Source: Chloroflexota bacterium (lineage in GTDB: Bacteria; Chloroflexota; Anaerolineae; Anaerolineales; Villigracilaceae). From it: 64,000 nucleotides of DNA. The stretch covers positions 8,026 to 72,025 of the forward strand of contig JBMOMR010000049.1 in the NCBI GenBank assembly GCA_049324715.1, read 5' to 3'. Positions 44,980-55,245 of this stretch are shown here, in pieces (the first letter of the stretch is position 1; each line of letters starts with the position of its first letter). Below the pieces are notes generated by a model. It saw only the letters and a list, made by a program, of their open reading frames with translations, made no database searches and was not told the DNA's origin. The position numbers and the translations under genes are program-made.

Positions 44980-45807
44980 CTACGGTGTTGCGGTTTGTGC
45001 GCTCGTTGGAGTTGGGCTGAGCGTCGCAGAAGGGATGGGCGTGGGAGGCGCGTCCCCTTCCACGGTGAACGAACCCGCGCGTTTGAAGATTACGCCCACG
45101 TAAATTTGCACCGAGTATTCCCCCGGTTGCCAGCCGCCAGTGGGAAAATCGCACTCGCTGTAATAATAGCCGCCTGTGCCGCCGTCCCACGGATAACTCT
45201 CGAAGCAGTCCATCAACTCGCCGTTACGGTACCAGAGCGCCGTCCACTGCGAGCCAGGGACCATGCCATCGTACGAAAAAGTGGCAAAGACCCTCTGGAT
45301 CGGATTGCGGAACAATGTGGACGGGTTATCGGGCAGGCCGCCGACCACCGCCGTGGAAAACACCAGCGGACTGATGACCGCGTCGGGATTGGGCGTCACC
45401 ACGCTGATGAATCCCGCCTCCACGACCAACGGGAGAAACGGGGTTGCTGTTCCTGTCGGCGTGTCGGTGACGAGGGGTGTATCGGTGATGGTGGGCGTCA
45501 GTGTAATGGTGGGAGTGAGCGTAATCGTCGGGACGATGGAGGGCGTCAGCGTGGGGGCGATGGTGGGCGTTGGCGGGTAGATCTGGAAGGCAACTTTCAA
45601 TCCCGCGGTGGGAAGTAGGATGGCAAGCACGACCATGATCAGCGCGCCAAAGAACATCCACCACGCGGCAGACATGCGTGACTGACGCAGGCGGTAGAAC
45701 GTCAACTTGCGGGCAGATTGGAGGATTTGCAGTCCGTTGCGGGCAACCAGCAACGCCCCCAACCCAAGGATGACCGCAATCGCAATGATGCCAGAGCGAA
45801 TGTCCAT
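44980..45807 (-). CDS. Hypothetical membrane-anchored protein with TP-rich linkers
   Basis: Two TM helices; PTPTI repeats; the conserved C-domain (WYRNGELM…GEYSVQIYVG) is shared with the next gene. Confidence 0.5.
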   Translation of the reverse strand: MDIRSGIIAIAVILGLGALLVARNGLQILQSARKLTFYRLRQSRMSAAWWMFFGALIMVVLAILLPTAGLKVAFQIYPPTPTIAPTLTPSIVPTITLTPTITLTPTITDTPLVTDTPTGTATPFLPLVVEAGFISVVTPNPDAVISPLVFSTAVVGGLPDNPSTLFRNPIQRVFATFSYDGMVPGSQWTALWYRNGELMDCFESYPWDGGTGGYYYSECDFPTGGWQPGEYSVQIYVGVIFKRAGSFTVEGDAPPTPIPSATLSPTPTSAQTATP

Positions 45808-45829
45808 ACGATGATTATAGCACTGCCCG

Positions 45830-46651
45830 TCAGCGCGTCGGAGTGGCGCTCGGCGTCTCGGATGGAGGCGGGCTGGAGGTCCAGGTGGGAGACGAGGTGG
45901 GCGTATCGGTCGGCGTGGGCGGATTGCCCCTCAGCGTGAAGCGCCCCGTCGCCTTCCACTGCGCCCCCACGAAGAACTGCACTTCGTATTCCCCTTGGTG
46001 CCACTCGTGGATCGCAGGCTCCCATTTGACGGACGCACCGCCGCGTCCGCCCGATTCCCATGGACCGCTCTCGAAAAAGACCAGTTCGCCGTTGCGGAAC
46101 CACAACACGGTAAATTGAGCGCCATACGTCATGTGGCTGTAGGCAAAACTGGCGTACATGCGGAGAATGGGATTGGTGAACTCGAAACGATTGCCGATCG
46201 GATAATTACCATCCAGCGCTTCGGAAAAACGAATGTCGTTGATGACGGCGGAGGGCTGCGGCGTGACCGAACTGACCACCATGATTTCCAGTGAGATGGG
46301 CAAATGCGGAGTCGCTGTGGATGTGGCCGTGGCGGTCATCGTGCGGCCGGGGCGCGGCGTGGATGTCGGCGTGCGGCTCGGCGTGACAACCGCCGGCGAT
46401 GCGATCACCGCGGTGGCTGTCGGTTCGGGAGCAAGGATCGGAATGCGAGCGCGGTACAAAAGCAGGGCGACCACCGCCAGTAACAGCGACGCGCCCGTCA
46501 TCCACCAACCCGCGAGCACGCGCTGTCGGCGGTGTCGGAAGTAGATGGTTCTGCTTCCCAGCCGCAGGGCGCGCACGCCCGAAAGTAGCAGAAAGAAAGA
46601 AACGGCTACAAGAATGAAAACGAGCAGGTTGGTCCTGCTGAACAAGTCCAT
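45830..46651 (-). CDS. Hypothetical membrane-anchored protein, tandem paralog of 44980..45807
   Basis: Same architecture (WFRNGELVFFESGPW…GEYEVQFFVG). Confidence 0.5.
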   Translation of the reverse strand: MDLFSRTNLLVFILVAVSFFLLLSGVRALRLGSRTIYFRHRRQRVLAGWWMTGASLLLAVVALLLYRARIPILAPEPTATAVIASPAVVTPSRTPTSTPRPGRTMTATATSTATPHLPISLEIMVVSSVTPQPSAVINDIRFSEALDGNYPIGNRFEFTNPILRMYASFAYSHMTYGAQFTVLWFRNGELVFFESGPWESGGRGGASVKWEPAIHEWHQGEYEVQFFVGAQWKATGRFTLRGNPPTPTDTPTSSPTWTSSPPPSETPSATPTR

Positions 46652-46724
46652 GGGAAAATTATACCGCTCTTGGGTGTTTTATAGCACGCTTGACGCTCGT
46701 TCCCGCCTATGCTAAAGTCGGTGC

Positions 46725-47549
46725 ATGACCGAACTCGTTTTCCTCAAATTGGGTGGATCGCTCATCACCGACAAGGACAAGCCCTACACACCTCGCCTCG
46801 ACAAATTGAAAGAACTGGCGGACGAAATCGCCTCTTCCCTGACATCAGACCGGCACCTGGTCCTGGGGCATGGTTCTGGCTCCTTTGGCCACGCGGCCGC
46901 GAAGCAATACGGCACGCGGGATGGGTTGCGGCCCTCACCCCCTGCCCCCTCTCCCGATGACGGGCGAGGGGAATATTGGAAAGGTTTTGCCGAGGTCTGG
47001 TTCCAGGCTTCGCAGTTGAACCGCTTCGTGATGGAGGCGCTGCGCGCGGCGGGAATCCCGTCGGTGGCGCTGGCGCCCATTTCCGCGGTGACCTCGCGCG
47101 AGGTCCGTGTGGCGCGCTGGGATTTGACTCCGCTTCGCTCCGCGCTGGAGGCGGGACTGCTTCCCGTCATCTACGGGGATGTGATCTTCGACGAAGCGCG
47201 CGGCGGGACGATCCTCTCGACCGAAGATTTGTTCACCCATCTGGCGTGCGAACTCCGCCCGAACCGCATCCTGCTCGCGGGACTGGAGGCGGGCGTCTGG
47301 GAGGACTTCCCTGCGCGGACGCGGCTCGTAAGCGAGATCCACTTCCAGTCGTATGAGGCGATGCGAGCGGGAATCGGCGCCTCCGCCAGCGTGGACGTCA
47401 CCGGGGGGATGGCGGCCAAAGTCGAACAGGTCTTCGGGCTGGTACAGCAGGTCTCGGGCTTGACTGCACAAATTTTCTCGGCCGAAGAGCGCGGAAATCT
47501 GGCCCGGGCGCTCGCCGGGGAACGTGTTGGCACGCTTTTGCGCCCGTAA
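46725..47549 (+). CDS. ipk: Isopentenyl phosphate kinase (amino-acid-kinase fold)
   Basis: LKLGGSLITDK and HGSGSFGH motifs. Confidence 0.6.
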   Translation: MTELVFLKLGGSLITDKDKPYTPRLDKLKELADEIASSLTSDRHLVLGHGSGSFGHAAAKQYGTRDGLRPSPPAPSPDDGRGEYWKGFAEVWFQASQLNRFVMEALRAAGIPSVALAPISAVTSREVRVARWDLTPLRSALEAGLLPVIYGDVIFDEARGGTILSTEDLFTHLACELRPNRILLAGLEAGVWEDFPARTRLVSEIHFQSYEAMRAGIGASASVDVTGGMAAKVEQVFGLVQQVSGLTAQIFSAEERGNLARALAGERVGTLLRP

Positions 47550-47640
47550 GTGACAAAATACGTGACGGAAGTCCATTGCTTTTTGTGAATTTTTTCGTTA
47601 ATATCAGGGTAATAACCAACCAATGTAAGGAGACCCTAAC

Positions 47641-49629
47641 ATGGCAACAGCAAAAAAGCCTACCAAGAAAGTCGCAACCAAGAAGGTCGTAAAGAAGAAG
47701 GTCACGGTTAAAAAAGCCGCCGCCAAGAAATTCCCCTACAAGCCCACCAAACTGAAACTGCTCAATCCCGTCCCCTCGGACATCGAGATCGCGCAGGCTG
47801 GAAAATTGAAACCCATCCTCGAGATCGCCAAAGAGCTGGGGATCAAGGATAGCGAACTCGAACTTTTCGGCCCGTACAAGGCCAAGATCAAACTCGAAAT
47901 CCTCGACCGTCTTGCCAAGCGCAAGAACGGCAAATACATCGACGTGACCGCCATCACCCCCACCCCACTGGGCGAGGGCAAGACCACGACCACCGTCGGC
48001 GTTTCGCAGGCGTTGGGCACTCACCTTGGCAAGAAGGTGATGACCGTCATCCGCCAGCCATCACAGGGCCCGACCTTTGGCATCAAGGGTGGCGCGGCCG
48101 GTGGCGGCTACTCGCAGATCATCCCAATGGAGGATTTCAACCTCCACCTGACCGGCGACATCCACGCCATCACCGCCGCACACAACCTGTGCGCCGCCGC
48201 GTTGGATGCCCGCATTATGCACGAGGCCAACACCCCCGATGACGAGAAACTCTTCAATGCGCTCTGCCCGCCCAACAAAAAGGGTGAACGCAATTTCTCT
48301 CCGAGCATGCTGCGCCGCTTGAAGAAACTTGGCATCGAGAAGACCAACCCCAACGATCTGACCCCCGAAGAGAAGAGCCGCTTCGCCCGCCTCGACATCG
48401 ACTACAGCGGTGTGCAGTGGCGCCGCGTCATTGACATCAATGACCGCATGCTGCGCGACATCCAGGTAGGCTTGGGCAAGGACGAGGCTGGTTTCGAGCA
48501 CAAATCTGGCTACGATATCACCGTCGCCTCCGAGATCATGGCCATCCTGGCGCTGACCACCGACATCGAAGACATGCGCGACCGCCTCGGCCGCATGGTC
48601 GTGGCTGTCAACCGCAAGGGCGAAGCCGTCACCGCGGAAGACCTCGGTGTGGCTGGCGCGCTGACCGTCCTGATGAAGGACGCCATCAAGCCGAACCTGA
48701 TGCAAACCCTCGAGGGGACTCCCGCCATCGTTCACGCGGGACCGTTCGCTAATATCGCGCACGGACAGTCCTCCATTATCGCTGACAAGATCGCGCTCAA
48801 GATGGCCGATTACGTCATCACCGAATCGGGCTTCGGCGCCGACATCGGCATGGAAAAATTCATGGACATCAAGTGCCGCTACTCGGGCCTGATCCCGAAT
48901 GTGGTGGTACTGGTGGCAACCGTCCGCGCGCTCAAGATGCACGGCGGCGGCCCGAAGGTGGTTGCTGGCAAGCCGTTGGCCCCCGAATACACCGATGAGA
49001 ACCTCGAACTGCTCCAGAAGGGCCTGCCCAACATGGTCCAGCACATCGAGAACGCCCTCAAGTACGGTGTGAACGTGGTCGTGGCGGTCAACTCCTTCGC
49101 CAACGACACACCCGCCGAGGTGGAAATGGTCCGCAAGGCCGCCATCGAAGCCGGCGCCATGGACGCGGTCGTCTCCCGCCACTGGATGGAAGGCGGCAAG
49201 GGCGCCATCGCCTTGGCCGAAGCCGTCGTCAAGGCCTGCGAGAAACCCAGCAACTTCCAGTTCCTCTATCCGCTGAACATTTCGGTCAAGGAAAAGATCG
49301 AGACCATCGCCCGCGAGATCTATCGCGCCGACGGTGTGGATTACACCCCCGAAGCCGAAGCCAAGATCGAGCAGTTCACCAAGCTCGGATTCGGCGACCT
49401 GCCGCTCTGCATGGCGAAGACCCATCTCTCGTTCACCGACAAGGCGGACCAGAAGGGTGCGCCGCGCGGCTTCCGCGTGACCATCAGCGACATTCGCGCC
49501 TCGGTTGGTGCAGGCTTCCTGTATCCGCTGCTCGGCACGATGCGTACGATGCCCGGTCTGCCCACTCGCCCGGTCTTCTACGATGTCGATCTCGACCTCG
49601 AGACCGGCAAGGTGCTCGGCCTGTTCTAA
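47641..49629 (+). CDS. fhs: Formate--tetrahydrofolate ligase with an N-terminal Lys/Ala-rich (histone H1-like) extension
   Basis: [15 protein letters not shown]-loop and full-length FTHFS; the first ~40 aa are [16 protein letters not shown]. Confidence 0.9.
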   Translation: MATAKKPTKKVATKKVVKKKVTVKKAAAKKFPYKPTKLKLLNPVPSDIEIAQAGKLKPILEIAKELGIKDSELELFGPYKAKIKLEILDRLAKRKNGKYIDVTAITPTPLGEGKTTTTVGVSQALGTHLGKKVMTVIRQPSQGPTFGIKGGAAGGGYSQIIPMEDFNLHLTGDIHAITAAHNLCAAALDARIMHEANTPDDEKLFNALCPPNKKGERNFSPSMLRRLKKLGIEKTNPNDLTPEEKSRFARLDIDYSGVQWRRVIDINDRMLRDIQVGLGKDEAGFEHKSGYDITVASEIMAILALTTDIEDMRDRLGRMVVAVNRKGEAVTAEDLGVAGALTVLMKDAIKPNLMQTLEGTPAIVHAGPFANIAHGQSSIIADKIALKMADYVITESGFGADIGMEKFMDIKCRYSGLIPNVVVLVATVRALKMHGGGPKVVAGKPLAPEYTDENLELLQKGLPNMVQHIENALKYGVNVVVAVNSFANDTPAEVEMVRKAAIEAGAMDAVVSRHWMEGGKGAIALAEAVVKACEKPSNFQFLYPLNISVKEKIETIAREIYRADGVDYTPEAEAKIEQFTKLGFGDLPLCMAKTHLSFTDKADQKGAPRGFRVTISDIRASVGAGFLYPLLGTMRTMPGLPTRPVFYDVDLDLETGKVLGLF

Positions 49630-49654
49630 ACCGTTGCGGACTAATGTCCGCGAT

Positions 49655-49700
49655 CTGAAATACGAGGCGGCTGGATTCTTCTCCAGCCGCCTTTTTGTTT
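49655..49700 (+). terminator. Rho-independent terminator
   Basis: AGGCGGCTGGA-TTCTT-CTCCAGCCGCCT followed by TTTTTGTTTT. Confidence 0.85.
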
Positions 49701-49716
49701 TCAAGCACCCTGCCGC

Positions 49717-50277
49717 TTATGGACAAGCGCCGATGTCCACCTGGTAAATCACACAGCCCGGCTCGACATCCGTCATGGGCCAACAACAGCCCGCCGCGGA
49801 ACTATACCCATATCCTGCAGGACAACGCCCCGCGGTTTCATCAAGCGGAGGCGCCGAACAAGAGGCCGTGCAGACTTTCACCCTGTAGGAATGAAGCTGC
49901 TCGCCGGTACAACTGAACTGATGAACACCACTCCAGGTTTTCTCGTCTGTGCAGGTCATTCCAGTATCCAACACTTCGAAGGCGGCATCGGCGGAAATCC
50001 CGATACTGGTGTAGGGAACTTTCTTATTACAGGTTTTGTTCAGTGTCCCCACACTGGGATCGGTACAGGCTCCTGCAAAAGGATCCACGCTGCACACCGG
50101 GGCAGGCTGGGTTGGGATGATCGTGGGAACAGGCGTTTCAGTGGGGGGCGAAAGTGTGGGGAGAACAATGGCAGTTGGCGCAGGTGTGGGCGTATTGACC
50201 GGCACGAAGACGGTAATACACCCTGTCAGAAAGACAGCGAGGATGAGCACGAACGCCAGTGAATATTGCCATTTCAT
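49717..50277 (-). CDS. Cys-rich lipoprotein related to the C-terminal region of the adjacent FGE protein
   Basis: Lipobox LTGC (start MKWQYSLAFVLILAVFLTGC); the motif CPAGYGYSSAAGCCWP resembles CPAGFSFNDASQCCQAP of the 50315 gene. Confidence 0.55.
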   Translation of the reverse strand: MKWQYSLAFVLILAVFLTGCITVFVPVNTPTPAPTAIVLPTLSPPTETPVPTIIPTQPAPVCSVDPFAGACTDPSVGTLNKTCNKKVPYTSIGISADAAFEVLDTGMTCTDEKTWSGVHQFSCTGEQLHSYRVKVCTASCSAPPLDETAGRCPAGYGYSSAAGCCWPMTDVEPGCVIYQVDIGACP

Positions 50278-50314
50278 TTGGTTCCCTCCGCAAGGAATTG
50301 AGTGTGGTGTTTGC

Positions 50315-52075
50315 CTACTTCTCCAGCTCGCAAACGCTATCTTTTTCGTTCCAGACACAACCATTGGATTGATTGTTGATGCACTGCACCTCAGTGGTGT
50401 GCTGTCCACAATTATAAAGCGGAGCGCATTGCAGCATGTCTACAGAAACGAAAGTACATCCCGTGGACGCGCTGGCCTGCTCGACGCGCGGGGCGCACGC
50501 ACCCGTGGACGGGTCATACGCGAATCCAGGTTGGCAATCGGGATAAAGGCCGATGGCCGGCGCCTGACAGCATTGGGAGGCATCATTGAACGAGAATCCC
50601 GCCGGGCAACCCACATAGCAGGTGCTGGCAAGTGACGGGTCGTTGATGCCGTAGAGATTGCAGTTGGCCTGTCCATTGGCAGGGACACAGCCGCCGAATA
50701 ACGCGTCGAAGTATTGCCCGGAGGGGCACTGATTGTCGAGGCCGATGGTGGGGCGGCAAACCTGTCCCGTGGAATCAAGCGCGTAGCCCGGCGGACAGCC
50801 CTCAGGTCCGCTTTGAGGCGTGATCGGGGTGTAGGCGCACTGTCGGGTGGCGGGGTCATACGCGTAGCCCGGGTCACACACCGCGTTCCCCAACGGGACG
50901 GTGGCGGGCTGTTGGTCGTCACAAGAGGAGTTGCAAACTTCCAGCGTGCCGCTCGTGGCATCGGGACCCGTACAGGTGACCTGCAACATGCCGCCCACGA
51001 TGGCATCGGTGCATTGATAGCCTGCCGTGCGGATGCGATAAGTGGTGCCAAGCGGAAGGATGATCGTATTGGACGGGACTTTGCCCTTGCAGGATGGTCC
51101 CACCCTCTGCGCCACAGGAACGGTGCAAAGACTGGACGGCGTGGGCGCGGTCAACTCGCCGGGCAGGTAGGGACTGGCCTGGCAATACGCCGGGAAATTG
51201 ATGGGTTGCTGGACGACACAACGGAAACCCAGGTCGCGGCTGGTGTAATTCGGGTCGGCGGGACGGCGGATGGAGGAGGCGATCTGCGTGGCGTCGCTCT
51301 CGAAGCTACTGCCGCGGATCACGCGATAGACGCCGCTTTCCGCACCGGGCGGATCCTGAATGGGCGAGGTGGCGTAGTAGGAGGCGTCGTACCAATCGGC
51401 CACCCACTCGAAGGCGTTGCCAGCCATATCGAGCGCAAGGTAGGGACTGGCGCTTTCAGGGTAGGAAACCACACTCTTGGTGGAGCCTCCGCAACCCGCG
51501 TAGTTCAACAGGTCACAGGAGGGCTGCTCGTTGCCCCAGGGATAGGTATTTCCGCCGGGACCGCGGGCGGCTTTCTCCCATTCGGCCTCGGTCGGCAGGC
51601 GTCCGCCAGCCCAGTTGCAGTAGGTGTTGGCCTGTTCCCAGTTCACGCCCACAACGGGGTGGTCGGCGTAAGTCGGGTTGGTGTACACCGGTCCGCCGGG
51701 GGTGGAGGCGGGCGGCGCGCAAACACCAACGCCCACACACAACGCGTACATGCGATTGGTGATCTTGGTGCGCGAAATCCAATAAGCGGAGAGACTGACC
51801 GAGTGGCTGGGGTTGTCGGCCCCGTTGCCGCCCATGGTGAACTGCCCCGCTGGGACATATGCCAGCGACCCGCCGTCCATCCAGGACATGACCGTCCCCG
51901 CGTTCGGCCCGCTGAGCTGGATCGGAACCAGCGTCGGGACGGCGGTCTCGGTGACGACGGAAATCAACGTGGGGGTGGGCGGTTCGGAGGTCGCAGGGGT
52001 CGCGGTCGGCGCACAGGCGGTGAGAAGGATCGCCAGTGCGAGGCCCAGTCCAAACAATGCTTGCAGTTTTTTCAT
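50315..52075 (-). CDS. Lipoprotein with an N-terminal non-catalytic FGE/SUMF1-like domain and a C-terminal Cys-rich repeat region
   Basis: Lipobox LTAC; FGE motifs GGRLPTEAEWEKAARG, LDMAGNAFEW, IRGSSF…GFRCVV with no Cys pair; about 7 repeats of C-P-x-G-[YF]-x-[YF]-D-x(n)-C. Confidence 0.7.
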   Translation of the reverse strand: MKKLQALFGLGLALAILLTACAPTATPATSEPPTPTLISVVTETAVPTLVPIQLSGPNAGTVMSWMDGGSLAYVPAGQFTMGGNGADNPSHSVSLSAYWISRTKITNRMYALCVGVGVCAPPASTPGGPVYTNPTYADHPVVGVNWEQANTYCNWAGGRLPTEAEWEKAARGPGGNTYPWGNEQPSCDLLNYAGCGGSTKSVVSYPESASPYLALDMAGNAFEWVADWYDASYYATSPIQDPPGAESGVYRVIRGSSFESDATQIASSIRRPADPNYTSRDLGFRCVVQQPINFPAYCQASPYLPGELTAPTPSSLCTVPVAQRVGPSCKGKVPSNTIILPLGTTYRIRTAGYQCTDAIVGGMLQVTCTGPDATSGTLEVCNSSCDDQQPATVPLGNAVCDPGYAYDPATRQCAYTPITPQSGPEGCPPGYALDSTGQVCRPTIGLDNQCPSGQYFDALFGGCVPANGQANCNLYGINDPSLASTCYVGCPAGFSFNDASQCCQAPAIGLYPDCQPGFAYDPSTGACAPRVEQASASTGCTFVSVDMLQCAPLYNCGQHTTEVQCINNQSNGCVWNEKDSVCELEK

Positions 52076-52177
52076 TCATCACTCCTGCGGCAGAGTTTTA
52101 CCCGCCGCGGCAGAAATTATACCCGCGCACGTTGAACCTCTCTCAGACTATATTAAGCAAGAAGAATCGTCCGCTTT

Positions 52178-53101
52178 TCACTTCCCTATGAAAAACTCGC
52201 GTAGGAATTGGGCATACTCCGACGATAAAGGCAGATACGGGAAATGTCCCACTCCCGACATCGTGTGAATCACCGCCGAGGGATACGTCTCCTTCAACTG
52301 TTCGCGCAGGGCGGCTTCCACCAGCGGGTCGTTATCCGCTTCCATGATCATCACGGGGATTCCCAGCGCGTCGGGATTCGGCGCGGTGAATTTTTCGACC
52401 ACACAGCGATACCGTCCCGCCACCTGTGCGCGCGAGACGCGTCCGTAACTGAGTTCCATCAGAAAGGCCATCGTCAACTCGTCATTGCCCGAGGCGGGAT
52501 AAACCGCTTCCACAAAACTGCCGCGCAACACGTCAATCACCAGCCATTCGGGCAGGAAGGGAATCAGCCCGCCGATCGTCCCGTTTTTCTCTTTGATCAA
52601 ATCGTTGGGCGGGAAGGTGTTCGAGAACACGGCCCGCGAAACACGGTCGGGATGGGTCGCCACGAGATACTGCGCGAAATATCCGCCGAGCGACGTGCCG
52701 ACGATGTTGGCCTTGTCCACACCCTCCGCGTCCAAAATCGCAAGCGCGCCCGCTGACATCTCCTCCAGCGTGTTCACCGCGGGATACGTCACTGAGATGA
52801 CGCGGTATTCCGACTGCAATTCCTCCATCACGCGCCACCAGATATCGTACGCGCCCGTCATGCCATGCAAAAACAAGATCGTTTCGTTTCCCTGCCCGAA
52901 TGAAACATACTCCCAATCCGTGCCGTTCACTTCGATGACCTTCGGTGGATGCGCGGTGCGAAACTCTTGCAATGAGGCGACGATATCCGAATCCACCTTT
53001 GCATACACATCGTCAAATGCGACGCGCGGGATGGGCCACACGTAAACGGTCAGCAGGATGACCAGCAAGACAAGTGAAATGATGCGTATTTTGGATTTCA
53101 T
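52178..53101 (-). CDS. Alpha/beta-hydrolase-fold protein with an N-terminal membrane anchor
   Basis: Nucleophile elbow GTSLGG; C-terminal HFPYLP. Confidence 0.6.
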   Translation of the reverse strand: MKSKIRIISLVLLVILLTVYVWPIPRVAFDDVYAKVDSDIVASLQEFRTAHPPKVIEVNGTDWEYVSFGQGNETILFLHGMTGAYDIWWRVMEELQSEYRVISVTYPAVNTLEEMSAGALAILDAEGVDKANIVGTSLGGYFAQYLVATHPDRVSRAVFSNTFPPNDLIKEKNGTIGGLIPFLPEWLVIDVLRGSFVEAVYPASGNDELTMAFLMELSYGRVSRAQVAGRYRCVVEKFTAPNPDALGIPVMIMEADNDPLVEAALREQLKETYPSAVIHTMSGVGHFPYLPLSSEYAQFLREFFIGK

Positions 53102-53176
53102 GTGAACCTCTCCCACAATAGTACCGCGAGATTCATCTTGTAACCATACTGGGCAATCTAAATCTCGCGGTACCGA

Positions 53177-54082
53177 TCAATCTTTTGCCAACGACAGGAA
53201 GACATCCTCCAGCGTCGGTTCGCCGCGCTCGATTTTTTCGATTTCCACACCCGCGCGGGTCAACGCCTCTTTCAGCGCTTCAGGCTGGACCTCGCGGCTG
53301 ATCGTCCGCAAATGATCGCCCGCCAACCCCACGCGTTGGACTCCCGCCACGCGTCCCAGAGACTCGAGTCCCGTTTCGAGGGGATGGGCGTAGACTTCCC
53401 ACACGTCGCCCTGAATAATGGACTTCTTCAAATTTGTCGGCGTGTCCATGGCGAGCAACTTCCCCGCGCGCATAATGCCGACGCGTTCGCAGTATTCGGC
53501 CTCATCCATGTAATGGGTTGTCACCAAAATCGTCACGCCGCTCTCGGCCAGTTCATAGATCAAGTCCCAGAAGGCGCGGCGCGCGGACGGATCCACGCCC
53601 GAGGTGGGTTCGTCGAGGAAGAGCAATTTCGGTTCGTGAACGAGGGCGATGCCGAGGGCGAGTCTCTGCCGCCAGCCTGCGGAGAGGGATTTCGTCAGCG
53701 TGGACTCGTGACCAGCCAGGCCGACCAGCTCGAGGGTCCGCGCGATGCGGGTTTTGTCCGTGATGCCATAGACACCGCCGTAGAACGTCAAATTTTCCAG
53801 CACGGTCAAGTCGTCGTAGAGCGCAAACTTCTGCGACATGTATCCCGCGCGGGCGCGAACTTCCTCGCTCTGCGTGAACGCGTCGAAGCCGAGGACAGTC
53901 GCCTTGCCGTCGGAGGGTGCGAGCAGGCCGAGCAACATGCGGATGGTGGTGGTCTTGCCGCAGCCGTTCGGGCCGAGGTAGCCGACAACTTCGCCCACGC
54001 CGACTTCAAAGTTGATGTGGTCTACTGCGACGAAATCGCCGAATTTGCGGGTGAGATTTTGGACGGAGATGACAGGGTTCAT
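53177..54082 (-). CDS. ABC transporter ATP-binding protein (ABC-2 exporter type)
   Basis: Walker A GPNGCGKTT, signature LSAGWRQRL, Walker B LLFLDEPTSGVD. Confidence 0.85.
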   Translation of the reverse strand: MNPVISVQNLTRKFGDFVAVDHINFEVGVGEVVGYLGPNGCGKTTTIRMLLGLLAPSDGKATVLGFDAFTQSEEVRARAGYMSQKFALYDDLTVLENLTFYGGVYGITDKTRIARTLELVGLAGHESTLTKSLSAGWRQRLALGIALVHEPKLLFLDEPTSGVDPSARRAFWDLIYELAESGVTILVTTHYMDEAEYCERVGIMRAGKLLAMDTPTNLKKSIIQGDVWEVYAHPLETGLESLGRVAGVQRVGLAGDHLRTISREVQPEALKEALTRAGVEIEKIERGEPTLEDVFLSLAKD

Positions 54083-54119
54083 AAGGGTCTCAAGTCGAAA
54101 GTCAACGAACGCTAAACGT

Positions 54120-55133
54120 TTAACGTTCCGAGAGGGCGATGAAGATATCCTCGAGCACGGGCGGGATGGGACGAAGTTCGTGGAGAGTTGCGCCTGCCTG
54201 GTCGATTTCCTTGGTCAGGCGGGCGATCACGTCGCTGGCTGTGTTCTCTTTGACGCGCACGTGGAGTTTGTCGCCGAAGGCCGCCACGTCTTCCACATCC
54301 GCGTCCTGGTGTGCGACGTGTCGCAGGGTGTTGATGGGATCGCCGCGCAACTGGAGGACGCGTCCGTTGAGGCGGGCGCGGAGATTCGAGGGGGTGTCTT
54401 CGGCGATGATTTGTCCAGCCTTCATGAAGCCAACGCGGTGACAACGCGAGGCTTCGTCCATGTAGGGAGTGGAGATGATGACGGAGACAGAGGGAGATTG
54501 GTGATCAGAGATCGGAGATTGGCGATTGGTTATTGACGTGTCTACGTGTGTACCCGGCTGCGAAACGAGTTTGATGACGAGTTGCCAGAAGTCCTGCCGC
54601 GTGACGGGATCGACACCCGTGGTGGGTTCATCGAGAAGGAGCAGGCGCGGACGCGTGACAAGGGCGGAGGCGAGACCGAGTTTTTGCTTCATCCCGCCCG
54701 AAAGTTGACCCGCGCGGCGATCCTTGAAATCGGCCAGACCGACGAAGTCGAGAATCTCCATGCAGCGCGGGAGCCACTCGTCCGACTTCAGTCCGCGCAC
54801 CTCGGCAAAGAAGCGGATGTTCTCCAGCACGGTCAGGTCTTCGTACATCGAGAAACGCTGCGAGAGATAACCGATCTGCGAACGCGCCTGTTCCACTTGC
54901 TTGAGGATGTTGTAACCGCAGACTTGGATCTCACCCGCGTCGGGCAACAACGCACCGACGAGCAGACGCATGGTGGTGGTCTTCCCCGCGCCGTCCGAGC
55001 CGACGAGCCCATAAATTTCGCCTGGGGCAATATTCAGACTCACGCCGTCAACGGCACGGTTGTTGCCGAAGGATTTTTTGAGGTTGGTTGCTTGAACGAG
55101 GGTATCGGTCATTGTGATCCTGTCGAAAGTCAA
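54120..55133 (-). CDS. ABC transporter ATP-binding protein with an insertion of about 20 aa between Walker B and the H-loop
   Basis: Walker A GSDGAGKTT, signature LSGGMKQKL, Walker B LLLLDEPTTGVD; then the inserted PGTHVDTSITNRQSPISDHQSPS before TPYMDEA. Confidence 0.8.
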   Translation of the reverse strand: MTFDRITMTDTLVQATNLKKSFGNNRAVDGVSLNIAPGEIYGLVGSDGAGKTTTMRLLVGALLPDAGEIQVCGYNILKQVEQARSQIGYLSQRFSMYEDLTVLENIRFFAEVRGLKSDEWLPRCMEILDFVGLADFKDRRAGQLSGGMKQKLGLASALVTRPRLLLLDEPTTGVDPVTRQDFWQLVIKLVSQPGTHVDTSITNRQSPISDHQSPSVSVIISTPYMDEASRCHRVGFMKAGQIIAEDTPSNLRARLNGRVLQLRGDPINTLRHVAHQDADVEDVAAFGDKLHVRVKENTASDVIARLTKEIDQAGATLHELRPIPPVLEDIFIALSER

Positions 55134-55245
55134 AGGTCGAAGGTCGTCGAAAGTCGGTCAAAGGTTAAAAGTCGAAGGTCGGTTAGGCTTCGTAGTCAGC
55201 GGAGTCGTCGGAGATGCGGCGAGGGTGAGGGTTGGATTCGAGATA

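Noticed and set aside
48061-49704. 547-aa - strand ORF
   Set aside because: It is antisense to formate-THF ligase.
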